64,000 bases of DNA, taken from Tubiluchus corallicola. Lineage: Eukaryota; Animalia; Priapulida. Location of the stretch: NCBI GenBank assembly GCA_030141605.1, contig JAQGDQ010000500.1:98300-162299 (forward strand), given 5' to 3'. Under the pieces are notes generated by a model. The model had not been told where the DNA came from. It did not search any database and worked only from the letters and a program-made list of their open reading frames with translations. This document shows, piece after piece, positions 25,864 to 39,520 of this stretch (the first letter of the stretch is position 1; each line of letters opens with the position of its first letter). The translations under genes were made by a program, and so were the position numbers.

Positions 25864-28800
25864 ATGAGGTCATACCATACACTGCTGCATTTGATTGTTT
25901 TCCTGTTCATTAACTGTAAGTAAAAACAAAAAATTATTTCTTAATGTCAGAGATACTTTTACTCTATAGTAATGCAAAGAAAATCTAGTTACATTATTTA
26001 CCAGTTTCTCAGAAACATTGTATTTCAGTGCACAATTCCAAGTGATAATTTAAAACTCTAAACATTTGATTTGTTGCAATTATCATAATACTACATGGTT
26101 CCACATATTTTCGCTCCTCCCTGTAGTATTATGTGCAGTTACACATTACTTGAGAGGATAATTTAAATGCCAAATACCCATTTTGGAAAGCTTATTTTGT
26201 GTTAGCACACCACAAACAATTTCAGTAGAAGCAATTAAACTCAAACGTCGTCAACACTACACACAAACAACAAAAGGAGACAAACAACTGCAAATCATTC
26301 ATTCTACAACGGCACACACATACAAAATTACCACCAACAGAAAAAGGTCATCAGGTGAAATTCAGATTACTGTTCCTACTCACTATCTTCAACCTCCATT
26401 CAACTCAATGGATGAAATACAAGAACTATGCAGTTAAAATCAGCACCTAATCAATTATACCATTTTCCTCCTAAGCAAAATTACGTTGTTGGAAAGTTTG
26501 TGTAAAACTCTGCTCATGGTAACAGTTGCTCTTTGTTGATGCAACGCCTGTTAAACTCTCATTCTAATTTATCTTTTTTTCAATTTCTTTTTATTAAATT
26601 CCTTATGTATGTAAAGCTTCTCATATTTTTACCAAAACCTTGTGAAAGTTTTAAAGTTTAATTGTGTTTCATTAACTATGAAAATAAAATTAATTGCTAC
26701 TAATACTATGCAATTATTAAGTTTAATTACTATTTTAGACATACATAGTTCACTGCAGATAGTGGTCATATGCTTGCTACTGCAGCAGAGAATGTGAACC
26801 GACAAAGTAATGCTGTCACACTGTACACATGTTACTTATATGTACAATTTATATGACATACCTGTTTACATTTATATATATTGTACTGCAGGGCTGTGAT
26901 GAAATAGTGTAATGCTGGCAGGGGAATACAGCAGACTTCTCAGGTGTGCGTGTGAACGTGGCTTTAACTAGCACCTAGACTCTTATTCTGACCTTGTGTT
27001 AGTGGGAGCCACTAGTCACGTGCACACCTGAGCTTATAAAAAGGGAAGGTCTGCTGTAGATCCTTGTCAGTGGTCGTCTCATCTCAGCTCTGTTCACACT
27101 TCAGGCTTTGCTCTATTCGGTAACCTTTTTGGAATATTTTTTTTTGGTAATAAATTGTCATTTTTATTTTATTGTTCATTTTGGTTTTTGGTTTTGGCAT
27201 CGACCTACTTGAGACATACCGCACGGTGTAGGTCGCGGTGCCATCCGTTCTGCCTCCATTAAAAGTGGAGAGCAGTCCATTATATATATTATGTATGCAT
27301 AATCATATATCTGTATATGCTCACTTGGTTATAATATTCTATTTTTCAATTCAGTTGATTCATTACACATATTAGTCGTAGCAGCAAAATCTAAATTTCT
27401 TATATTTAAATTTGTATTTTTTACAGATGTACGAAGTGAATTACAATATTTTGAACAAGAACCTGAAGATGTTGCTACTCTTCCTGGAGAAAACGTTGTG
27501 GTACAGTTTGTAGTAAAAAGCGAGGTTCCACTAGGATATCAGTTTTTTTGGTTGCTTAACGACCAGATCATTGATGCAAACGTGGATGATAACTATACTT
27601 TTATTAACAGTAATCCTTATAACACTAGAAACTGGAGTATAAAGATTAAAGATGTAAACTTAGATCAACGTGATGGTTCCTATAACTGCCGAGTGAATGT
27701 TTTTGGTGAAGGAGGAGGAACTGATGAGTCAAACAAAGGAAATGTAACTGTTGTTGGTGAGTCAGTATTTTTAATTACCACTTTTCAATTTTTTAAATAA
27801 ATCAGTAATTATACAAGTTGACATTAATCTGTACAATATGATGTATTGTAATTACATTTACATTTACATATGATATGTTCAGATTTGATTTCCGCATATT
27901 AGATAATAAGAGTTTGTAAGTTTTACAGAAGGAAGTTAAAGTATGAATTGTCACAGTTTTGTAACACAACACCTGCTGTGATGCATCTACAGTTGATGAT
28001 GATATAGAATCAGCTTTTGCATTCTCGTTTGTATTGTTCATTAGTACTATTTTCCAAAAAGTTTTAATTTTTAAAGTAGATGCTTCAATTGTTAGTTTTT
28101 GTCTTTATCAATTTTTGTTGTAAAATTTAAGATGTGAGTAAAGTTTAGAGGTTCATTAACCTGGAAAATGAAATTTATTACTAGTTTAGACAAACGTAAT
28201 TCCACTGCGTTAGCGACAGCATGCCTACTAGTAGTAAATGCTGACAAGACAATGCTGTCACACTGTATATGTGGGTCACTTATGTGTACAAGTTGCAGAA
28301 GTTGAGATAAAGTATGAAATGTCATAGAGAGTAGTGACACAATAGGTGCCCTGATGCATATTATTTTTTATTTACCATCTATCACACATTATATGATTTG
28401 ATAATAAAGATTAGTCCAAGGCCAAGAGTAGAAATGACCAGTTTTTACCCATATAGTGTAAGAAACAGTGACAGCGGTAAACAACTCTGCAGTAGTATTG
28501 AGTCAATGGAAAGCTGCCATTATTATGGAGCAGGTCCTGAGTGCTCTTCATTGGCGTTCAGTCCTTATCTATTTAGACAACATCATAGTCTATGGCTGAA
28601 CTTTTGAGAGTACCTCTCCCTCTTCCAGGAAGCCTTCGTGCACCTAGAAAAAGCTGAGCTTAAATTAAATGTTAAAAAATGTCTTCTCACACAGAAAGAA
28701 GTTACTTACCTTTATTACATTGTTTCTTCTGATAGTGTCAAGACTGATCTTACTAAAACTGAAGCAGTTTATAATTGGCCCCAACATCAAAACTTGCAGC

Positions 28801-31800
28801 AACTTTTGCAGACTGTGTACTTACTAGAGGCGCTTTTTTACATTGCATCACTTCACATCACTTTACATCGCATCACTTCACATCACATCACATCACATTC
28901 CATCACTTCATATCACTTCACATCACTTTACATCACATCACATTACATTGCATCATATTATATTACATAATATTATTTAGTACCAGCCAAGTATTTTCAC
29001 TACTAGTTCTGCTTCCCTTCTCATTGTCTTTGTGTCTACTCTAGAAACTCTTTAGCCATTGCTCATGAGACTAGACCTGAAACAAGATTACACTGTGATT
29101 ATTCAGCTATTTTGCTTTTCTCTGGACGCCTTTTTCTTTTCTTTTTGTATTTTTTTCTTTATTTATCCTAATTCATATTTTAGCAAGGGGTATTTGATTT
29201 AGTTTTCATTATTTATTCACTTAATTGTTGCTTAATTAATTCTTTCATATCTGACTTAGTGTATATAATATAGTAACTGTTGTGTAGAAACGTTATCTCT
29301 GACGTGTATCTAGGAAATATTTGGAAATTTTGTTTATGAACTAATTTAAAGTCGTAATTATAATAGTTCCAGCAAATATTAGAATGCTGCTGAATGATGT
29401 GCCACATGTGAAACCCTCGATTACAGTTGAAGTAGAAGACATCTCTAATCAGCTCAAATGTGAAGCCAAAGGCAACTGCAAAGTTCTGCCTACCATAAGT
29501 TGGTTTATTGGTAATATCTTTCTAATTATTATATACTTTAATGATCTATGTAACGTATTCTGTTTTGATATAAATTAATCATATAATATCATCATCATCA
29601 TCATCATCATCACCACCTGACTAAGTTACTGCTTACATCAACACACACTCCATGCCAGCTTTTGTCATATTCTTGTCACCAGCACCACCACTACTACAGT
29701 AGCCCGTACTTAAACTATATTAAAATATTTTTAAATAGATTATCGTTGACATAAAGGAAATATTGTGTATGTTAGGTGCATTAAATCAAAAACCTATGTA
29801 TACGTCACCTATATATCATCAGGTTATAATTTATATTACATGCAGGTTCAGCTCCTGTCAACTCTCGTTCAGAAACTATGCTGGATCTAAAAACCAATTT
29901 TACTCATGTTGTGAGCACAATGGATGATTATTCATTTAAACCTGAAGATAATGGAAAGCAGCTGACCTGTCAAGTTTTTATACATGACATTTTGTCAAAA
30001 CAGTTTATTAACAGGACACTAAATGTACAATGTAAGTTAAATTTTTATTAATCTATCTTACTGCTAGATGTAAGTAAAATTTTCAGACCGAGTGTCCATG
30101 TTACAACAACCACATTAGGAACACGTTTTAAACACTGTGTATTGAAGAAGTGTATGTAGCATGCTGCAAATGACCTTGATGGGTCTGTGTCTTTTAGAAT
30201 GAAAAAGTGAAGTAAAATTGAACAATAAATAAAAGTAACATTAAAATCAAAATTATTGTTAACGATGTTACAAATCCACAATTTTTTAGTTTTGATGTCC
30301 AGGCTTTTCTTTTCTTCTTTGACTATCTTTCTCTTTACCCTCTCGCCCTGTATCTCTCCTTCTGTCTTGTCTTGCATTCCTGCTATATATTAGGAGATTC
30401 GTTTTTGATACAGATATTACATCAGTTACCGTGAAATTGCCTAATGGAGATGATACTAAGATTACAGTTGGCAGTGGCTTTGAGCTGATTTGTGATGCAA
30501 GTGGAAACCCAGAACCTTCTTATCAGTGGAGTGGTCCTAATTTGTCAAGTGGAAACACCGGCAAAAAAGTTACGAAGAAAAATGCGGAATTAGTTGATGG
30601 AGGGACATACACTTGTACAGCTAGGAATGTTGTTGGAGAGAGAAAAGGCAGCTTAACTATAAAAATTGTAAAGGAAGGTGACAAAGAAGAAAGTGGTGAT
30701 AAAGAAAATGGTGGTGGGGGATCTGGAGATGGGGATAATGGTAAGTGCATTGATTAAGGACCTAAGAGAATTAACCTTGCAAAAACACAAAAATAGTTGT
30801 TAGTTATGTAATAGTTTTGTTTCTGTTACCGGAGTGTCGTACATTTTCATTTGCGATTGATAACTGAAAGTAGTACTACCAATAATTAGACATGTGCTGA
30901 CACCTACATTTAAGATTGTTCATTTTTGTAACTTAATTTAAGTTTAATGAAGAGTGATAGAGTGAGATTGAATTATTTTATATTAATTAATTATGCACAT
31001 CATGTGATTAATAAGCACAACAAATTGTTTAACATTAAGTCCATTCTTATAAAATGTTGTAATATTAAGCACATTTGTTATAATTAATGATCAATGACAT
31101 CAGCTGCCCTTTTTCCTAGAATCAATGTTAACAGCTGCGTCAGGACAATGGCTTCCTAGAAAGAGCAATGACCAGCTGCACACAGTTCTTAGAAACTGTT
31201 ACAGGGCAATGCCTCACTGTGCTCATTTCCCTGTTTCCTGGAAACAGTTATGAACAGATGTGCTCATTTCCCTATTTCCTGGAAACAGTTATGACCAGAT
31301 GTGCTCATTTCCCTACTTCCTGGATACAGTTATAACCAGATGTACTGATTTCCCTACTTCCTGGAAACAGTTATGACCAGATGTACTCATTTCCCTATTT
31401 CCTGGATACAGTTATGACCTAGTTATGACCAGATGTACTGATTTGCCTACTTCCTGGATACAGTTATGACCAGATGTACTGATTTCCCTACTTCCTGGAT
31501 ACAGTTATAACCAGATGTACTGATTTCCCTACTTCCTGGAAACAGTTATGACCAGATGTACTCATTTCCCTATTTCCTGGATACAGTTATGACCTAGTTA
31601 TGACCAGATGTACTGATTTGCCTACTTCCTGGATACAGTTATGACCAGATGTACTGATTTCCCTACTTCCTGGATACAGTTATGACCAGATGTACTCATT
31701 TCCCTATTTCCTGGATACAGTTATGACCAGATATGCTTACTTTCTAGAAATAACCGAAATCACCTGCATCCACTTCTTGGCTTCGTTGACAGCTTTCCTT

Positions 31801-32225
31801 TCAGATTATAATTTTTCAAATTTTTTTAAACAAAGAGTGAACGAATTATGCAAAGTAATTCTAAGAATTTTTTGATAAATCATAAAAAATAAACAAATTA
31901 ATACTATGTTGATAATGCAAAGAATTAATTAGCTTCAATGTATATTGATTACTAATGGTGTACTGATCCTGGGACCTACATTTTAAGTTTATTGATTCTA
32001 GCCCTTTGCATTTGGGAGTTAAGAAGAATTAAATAGTTGAAAATTGAATGCCTAACATCATGATGAAAAACCAGCATAAGGCCTGTAGCTCCTACATCTA
32101 TGACTTTATTCACAAGCACTAATGTTCTTTATTTTGTTTCAGGACAAAATGGTTGCAATTTTCCGAGAGCGTTCTTGATTGGACACGTTGTTATTCTCAC
32201 TGTTATTGTTCATTTTGTCAGATGA
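25864..32225 (+). CDS. Ig-superfamily surface protein copy 3 (373 aa; first V-domain Cys replaced by Phe)
   Basis: Exons 25864-25915, 27427-27756, 29367-29510, 29846-30031, 30414-30740 and 32143-32225; GT-AG, phase 1, open. TGT>TTT at 27507-27509. Confidence 0.85.
28620..28810 (+). mobile_element. Gypsy-type reverse transcriptase remnant in intron 2 (copy 3)
   Basis: LEKAELKLNVKKCLLTQKEVTYLYYIVSSDSVKTDLTKTEAVYNWPQHQN matches the Gypsy RT C-terminus LxxAGLKLxxxKCxFxxxEVxYLGHxVSxxGVxTDPxKxxAVxxWPxPxN. Confidence 0.75.
31218..31750. repeat. 41-bp intronic minisatellite (copy 3, ~13 units)
   Basis: Same family, carrying the copy-specific variant gtactgatt. Confidence 0.9.
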
Positions 32226-33493
32226 GTCAGAATTTATGCTTAAACTAAAATGTCTGTGATTTTAAAACTTTTGTGTATTGTGTAAATATTTTTATCATGG
32301 TGTGGAAATAGTTGACCCATGTCTGTACAAAATAGGCCTATCTTACCTTAGTCAGTTTAAGTCTGAGGTTAAATTATAATAAGAGATATAGTTGTGGTTT
32401 CTTCCATCAATGTCCAGTCAAGCAAAATTTATTAACTTGTATGTAGCTGTTGTTGTGCTCTCTAAATTTTTGTTTACAGTAAATTTGGTTTCTGAACTTA
32501 TGTGCACATTTCAAAGTAAATTAAATTTAATGAATTTTAGTTTTATTACATGTGTATTTTGATGGAACATTTTAATGTGATTTTATGTTTTTGAATCATG
32601 ATTATGAGAATTGGGTGCAAATATCATCATTTTAATGATGGCTGTTACAGGATGAACAGTGATGAACCAAAGTAGTGTGTTACAGTTGTACAAAAAATTA
32701 ATATCTGAAAGAAAAGTTTCTACTGAGTTTGCTACCTACACGTAGCAAAAACAATAACATATATATCTAAGTTTTTTCCCCCCGAGTAACGAATATTACT
32801 TTTCTTACTTTGACAAAGGTTTACAACACGCCGTCATGCACTTCTAAACAAAGTAAAATCATGTCACACAAAATAAATGAGAAATTACTTAAATGGTAGC
32901 ATAACTTGTTCATCCTCTTTGTACACGGTTTTTTGTTTATAAAAAAAAAGAAATTTATATCTTTACGTCTCAAAACCTTTTTAAACAGCCCGGGAGGTGT
33001 CGACATTCGTGTAAGTTCATTTACACTAGCACCCATTCCATTAATTCTTGGCTGCAGCCTGTAAACTTTCTGTAAAATTTTTATGAAGTTTTGCACACAT
33101 TATTAATATGAATTGTTGTCAGCAATTTATTTACAATCAGATCAGTCATGTGATCACACTAACGTGTAATAATCACTTGTTTTTTAATAATATGGATCTT
33201 ATGAAAAGCTGATTCAGTAACTGCTTGTGGTGTGTTATTAAATGCGTTGTTAAAATGTTGTGTTCACGTTTGTCCTGTAATTATACATTTAGTTTAAACA
33301 TCATTTATGGGAGTATACAAACAGAATAAAAGTGTCTGATTTGTTTATATACAAAAATTGTTTATATACAAAAATACACAACGAAAAATATCCAAGCAAT
33401 AAGCAATAAGCAATTATGGTGTGGGGGGCGGGGAATCGTGACCCTACAAGGGTTAAGCAAACATACTAACATTACATGAGTAAACATAAAAAC

Positions 33494-34340
33494 ACTCCAA
33501 TTTACATTTCAAGAACAAGTCAAATCATTTCATCAAACTATTTACAATGGAGAAAAAAGTCAAAAACTCCAATTTACATTTCAAGAACAAGTCAAATCAT
33601 TTCATCAAACTATTTACAATGGAGAAAAAAGTCAAAAACTCCAATTTACATTTCAAGAACAAGTCAAATCATTTCATCAAACTATTTACAATGGAGAAAA
33701 AAGTCAAAAACTCCAATTTACATTTCAAGAACAAGTCAAATCATTTCATCAAACAATTTACAATGGAGAAAAAAGTAAAAAACTCCAATTTACATTTCAA
33801 GAACAAGTCAAATCATTTCATCAAACAATTTACAATGGAGAAAAAAGTAAAAAACTCCAATTTACATTTCAAGAACAAGTCAAATCATTTCATCAAACTA
33901 TTTACAATGGAGAAAAAAGTCAAAAACTCCAATTTACATTTCAAGAACAAGTCAAATAATTTCATCAAACTATTTACAATGGAGAAAAAAGTCAAAAACT
34001 CCAATTTACATTTCAAGAACAAGTCAAATCATTTCATCAAACTATTTACAATGGAGAAAAAAGTAAAAAACTCCAATTTACATTTCAAGAACAAGTCAAA
34101 TCATTTCATCAAACTATTTACAATGGAGAAAAAAGTAAAAAACTCCAATTTACATTTCAAGAACAAGTCATATTATGAACACCAAACAATTTATTTACAA
34201 TGGAGAAAAAAGTAAAAAAACTCCAATTTACATTTCAAGAACAAGTCATATTATGAACACCAAACAATTTATTTACAATGGAGAAAAAAGTAAAAAAACT
34301 CCAATTTGCATTTCAAGAACAAGTCATATCATTTCATCAA
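33494..34340. repeat. 72-bp minisatellite, ~11.5 copies
   Basis: Unit actccaatttacatttcaagaacaagtcaaatcatttcatcaaactatttacaatggagaaaaaagtcaaaa at 33494, 33566 and onward. Confidence 0.95.
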
Positions 34341-34959
34341 CATTTCATCAAACAATATTCAAAAAACTTCTGTATTTACATATTTACATAATTCTGTAGT
34401 TATAGCAGTGGTTATACTAAGAGTTAAGCTGCTATATTATGTACTTATGAAGGCTCGGTAACTGGACCCATGGAGGACTCCGTATTTTTGTTATGATTAC
34501 TATTATGTTCATTAAAATATATGTAGAAAAAATGTTCAAAACGTTCCAAATATGTTCAACTGAACATTTCTTTGATGTTCAAAAATGCTCATTCTGACAT
34601 TGCGAACAAGTTCAAGATTCAACTTCTCCTGTTATGAGCAAAAATATTCATTTTAATGTCAGCAAAAAGCTAACGCAGTTTCTCTTTGGAGGTTATAAGC
34701 AAAAATATTTACATCAATGTTGGCACGTTAAAAGCCAGTGCAAGGTGACCCAAATTTCTCTCCGGAAGCTTGGAGAATTACGTTTCAATTTGAACGTTAA
34801 TTGCTATTAGCAATTTAGAGCTTCAGCATCATCAGCGAATACATTACAGTTTCTCGGATTTTTTAATATAAAATATAAAAGTGCTTACATATTTAACATA
34901 ATATTTAAAGTTGATATTCAACACAAATTTTCTGCAATGCATTGTATTCTAAAGTGCAA

Positions 34960-35380
34960 TATATGCTGGAATATATTCTAGTAATTGTCACATATCCCAT
35001 AAGCTGCAATATTCTATTAACTGCCATATATCGTAGCAACTGTGGTATATTCTATTAATGGTAACATACACTATATGCTGCAATATTCTGTTAACTGCAA
35101 TATATCGTAGCAACTGCAGTATATTCTATTAATGGTAACATACACTATACGCTGCAATATTCTGTTAACTGCAATATATCGTAGCAACTGCAGTATATTT
35201 TATTAATTGTAACACGTCCTATAAGCTGCGATATTTCTAGAAACTGCAACCTTCAACAAACAACAATATATCATACAAACTGCAATATGTTCTATTAATT
35301 TTTACATATCCTTTAAGCTGCAGTATTTCTAAAAACTGCAGTATACTGTATAAGCTACAGTATGTTAAGTTAGTTGCACT
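34960..35380. repeat. Degenerate tandem repeat (ctgcaatattctattaa motif)
   Basis: Recurrent ctgcaatat/ctgcagtat...ttaa...atat motifs. Confidence 0.7.
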
Positions 35381-35451
35381 GTATCGTATACAAGTTGTGC
35401 ATAAAAACTAACTATTTATAAGATAGAGTAACCACGATGCTGATGATGCTG

Positions 35452-36070
35452 GATGTTTGTGAGGCGGCAGTTACCGAGCCGATGAGGAGGAATTTTCTGA
35501 AGAGCAGGGGGAGGGGGATTGAAAACAATCATTAATAATAATTTCTATTTCTGGTGCTTTAATTAAGAAGCGTAATTGTTTAAAGTACGCTCAAAACGCT
35601 TTAATGATTTGAAGCACAAATGTTGTTTTAATTAAGAAGCGTAATTGTTTTAAGTACGCTCAAAACGTTGTAATGAATCGAAGCACAAATGTTGTTTTAA
35701 TTAAGAAGCGTAATTGTTTAAAGTACGCTCATAACGTTTTAATGATTTGAAGCACCAATGGTTCTTTAATTAAGAAGCGTAATTGTTTAAAGTACGCTCA
35801 TAACGTTTTAATGATTTGAAGCACCAATGGTTCTTTAATTAAGAAGCGTAATTGTTTAAAGTACGCTCATAACGTTTTAAGGATTCGAACCGTTAAAAGT
35901 TTTCATAATAGAATTGATCCCCCTCCCATGCCGATAGTGACCAGGCGGTGGGAAGCTAATTTTTAATAACATGGCGACACATATTTCAGCCATATTTAAT
36001 ATTTTAGCCATATTTAATTGATTATATATTCAAACATTATCTATACATGGACAGCCATGGTTACAATATT
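35452..36070 (+). pseudogene. Fragmented relic of the last exon of the zinc-finger gene
   Basis: Five colinear blocks match the sense strand of the 52387-52794 exon: gatgtttgtgaggcggc, gatgaggaggaa, cgatagtgacc, ggcggtgggaagcta and catggacagccatggtt. Confidence 0.6.
35558..35885. repeat. 69-bp minisatellite, ~4.7 copies
   Basis: aattaagaagcgtaattgtttaaagtacgctc... at 35561, 35630 and onward. Confidence 0.95.
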
Positions 36071-37199
36071 AGGCAACATCTTTAAATTATGCAAGGTGGC
36101 AAAACTTGATGCCTATAGTCAAAATAAACGCTTGACTATTTACAAGGTTTAAATTATGCAAGGTGGCAAACTTGATGCCTATAGTCAAAATAACAGCTTG
36201 ACTATATACAAGGTTGTGTGTCATAATAGCAATTATTTTCATAGAAGAAACATTCAGCCATTATTCCTCATATACTGGAAAAGGATGAACAAATCTTTGT
36301 ATGACGAAATGATGGAAATTAACATTACTGGTTCATGTAAAAAATGTAGTGATAGTGGTCAACGTGTCACATAAAATGATGTGATAGTAACGAAAAAACT
36401 GCCATCAAGGCGTCAAATGAAGAGACATGATAACGTGATGGGAGTCACTATTAATGTCTTCATCGAGTAACATGATACATAGCCATGTCACAGTATAGTG
36501 ATGGATGTTATAGAACAGTGATGGAAAGTACCATCGTCAACGTGTGACATAAAATGATGCAATAGTAACGAAAAAACTGCCATCAAGGCGACAAATGAAG
36601 AGACATGGTAACGTGATGCGAGTCACTATTAATGTCACGTGAAAAACTGCCATCAAGGCGACAAATGAAGTGACATGGTAACGTGATGCGACTCACTATT
36701 AATGTCACGTGAAAAACTGCCATCAATGCTACAAATGCATTATAAGAGAGAAACTGAATATTTTAAAGAATTGTCTTGATGGAATTGAACATAATCACTG
36801 ATTATTAATCAGTACTAAAGCAGTAAACAAGTAAAACTGATAACAAAGTGGTGGTAACTACTGCTAATATATCACATAAAATGACATGACAATGACGAAG
36901 GTAAACAGTACCGAAACTAGAATATTTCAAAAAATGCCAAGGCATCAGGGAAAAACTCCTGTCATGACAGATGGAGAAATGCACGTTATGAAAGATTGCA
37001 CAGTTAAAACTGCTTGATAAAGTTGAACGTAACAGTCGGCATTGAAACTGTACCAACAATAACGGTACAGAAAACAGCCGCTATTTAAAGATTGCAAGAT
37101 CAAAATTCCTTTGTTGAAACTGAACATGATCATTGAAAAATACAGTACGAAAAAAGGTTCCTTAAAGATTACACGTTCAAAACTTCATTAAAGATGAAC

Positions 37200-38245
37200 G
37201 ATTGTTGACAAAATTGAAAGTTATTGGCATTGAACTTTTGCCAAAAATTATAGAACATACAAAAACTCCATTAGAGATTGAACGATTGAAATTGCAGTGG
37301 ATAAAATTGAAAGTTATCGGTATTGAACTCGTACTAACAATTATAGAACATACAAAAACTCCATTAGAGATTGAACGATTAAAATTGCAGATGATAAAAT
37401 TGAAAGTTATCGGTATTGAACTCGTACCAACAATTATAGAACATACAAAACTCCATTAAAGATTGAACGATTGAAATTGCAGTGGATAAAATTGGAAGTT
37501 ATCGGTATTGAACTCGTACCAACAATTATAGAACATACAAAACTCCATTAAAGATTGAACGATTGAAATTGCAGTGGATAAAATTGGAAGTTATCGGTAT
37601 TGAACTCGTACCAACAATTATAGAACATACAAAACTCCATTAAAGATTGAACGATTGAAATTGCTGTGGATAAAATTGAAAGTTATCGGTATTGAACTCG
37701 TACCAACAATTATAGAACATACAAAACTCCATTAAAGATTGAACGATTGAAATTGCAGTGGATAAAATTGAAAGTTATCGGTATTGAACTCGTACTAACA
37801 ATTATAGAACATACAAAACTCCATTAAAGATTGAACGATTGAAATTGCTGTGGATAAAATTGAAAGTTATCGGTATTGAACTCGTACCAACAATTATAGA
37901 ACATACAAAACTCCATTAAAGATTGAACGATTGAAATTGCAGTGGATAAAATTGGAAGTTATCGGTATTGAACTCGTACTAACAATTATAGAACATACAA
38001 AACTCCATTAAAGATTGAACGATTGAAATTGCAGTGGATAAAATTGAAAGTTATCGGTATTGAACTCGTACCAACAATTATAGAACATACAAAACTCCAT
38101 TAAAGATTGAACGATTGAAATTGCAGTGGATAAAATTGAAAGTTATCGGTATTGAACTCGTACCAACAATTATAGAACATACAAAACACCATTAAAGATT
38201 GAACGATTGAAATTGCCGTGGATAAAATTGAAAGTTATCAGCACT
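37200..38245. repeat. 92-93-bp minisatellite, ~11 copies
   Basis: Unit actccattaaagattgaacgattgaaattgcagtggataaaattgaaagttatcggtattgaactcgtaccaacaattatagaacatacaaa. Confidence 0.95.
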
Positions 38246-39119
38246 GATCAATTATGGCACATGTAAAAACTCCTTAACGATTGTAGGATCAAAATTAAAT
38301 TGATTAAATTGAAAATAATCAACAATGAAGCCTGACAAGAAATTAACTTCAAATAAATTGAAAATAATCAACAATGAAGCCTGACAAGAAATTAACTTCA
38401 AATGGCTTTGCCAGATTTGTTCTGCTGCTTAAGAGACAGGAGTTTAAGATTAGGGATATTTTTGCATTCAACTGCAAGGTCATGTTGTTGTGGAGGGACT
38501 ACAACTAGACTCTTCATGAAAACTAATCATCTAAGCGTAGACATTGGACCAGGAAGGTGAACTGTGATTTTGATATGGTCACCCATTCATTTACTATCGG
38601 GTCTCTAGCTTCGATTGCTAAACTAAGTCAGCCATGTTTTGGCTAATATGATTTTAGTAGTGACGACTCATCCGTGTGCTATCTAGTCTTTACTCTATAA
38701 AATTTCAATTCCTAAACAAAGTCAGCCATGTTTTAGCGTATGTGATTTTAGTAGTGGTCACTCATCTAATTACTTTCTAGTCTTAGCTCTGGTTAACTTC
38801 ACTTCAATTGTCAAGATTACTAATTTCGCCCTAAAGCTAGTTCGGCAAAAAGCAAACACCAGGCGGCACAACCAGTCAGCTAAAACACTTGCTAGTCACA
38901 GCCTAAAAAGCTTATAAATGAAATGCTTTGCAAAAATACAGATGGATTTTGCAAATATTAGACTAAAGTATTATTAAATAATTTGTGAAAGGCCTGCAAT
39001 TAACAAGGTTAGGCTGGGAGGTGAATCAGGTTTTGAATTATTAGTTAAGGTAATGGACAAAATATAGGAAGTTACTTTTGAACAGGGATCTAAATGATCT
39101 GCATAAAAATTTGAAATCA

Positions 39120-39520
39120 CTGTACAGTTCTTTAAACTGCATAACTTTCTGTACAGTTCTTTAAACCGCAGAACTTTTTGTACAGTTCTTTAAACTGCAT
39201 AACTTTTTGTACAGTTCTTTAAACCGCAGAACTTTTTGTACAGTTCTTTAAACCGCAGAACTTTTTGTACAGTTCTTTAAACCGCAGAACTTTTTGTACA
39301 GTTCTTTAAACCGCATAACTTTTTGTACAGTTCTTTAAACCGCATAACTTTCTGTACAGTTCTTTAAACCGCAGAACTTTTTGTACAGTTCTTTAAACTG
39401 CATAACTTTTTGTACAGTTCTTTAAACCGCAGAACTTTTTGTACAGTTCTTTAAACCGCAGAACTTTTTGTACAGTTCTTTAAACCGCAGAACTTTTTGT
39501 AGTTCTTTAAACCGCATAAT
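39120..39520. repeat. 29-bp minisatellite, ~13.5 copies
   Basis: Unit tgtacagttctttaaaccgcagaactttt. Confidence 0.95.

Larger units (their letters stand above)
7667..32943 (+). repeat. Tandem segmental duplication: units ~7667-16699, ~16700-23608, ~23609-32588, plus a partial fourth start ~32589-32943
   Basis: The unit-start sequence tttgaatcatgattat(a/g)agaatt(g/c)ggtgcaaa recurs at ~7667, ~16700, ~23609 and ~32590, with long colinear similarity including introns. Confidence 0.95.

Noticed and set aside
33476-34399. Repetitive Lys/Asn-rich ORFs
   Set aside because: They are translations of the 72-bp minisatellite.
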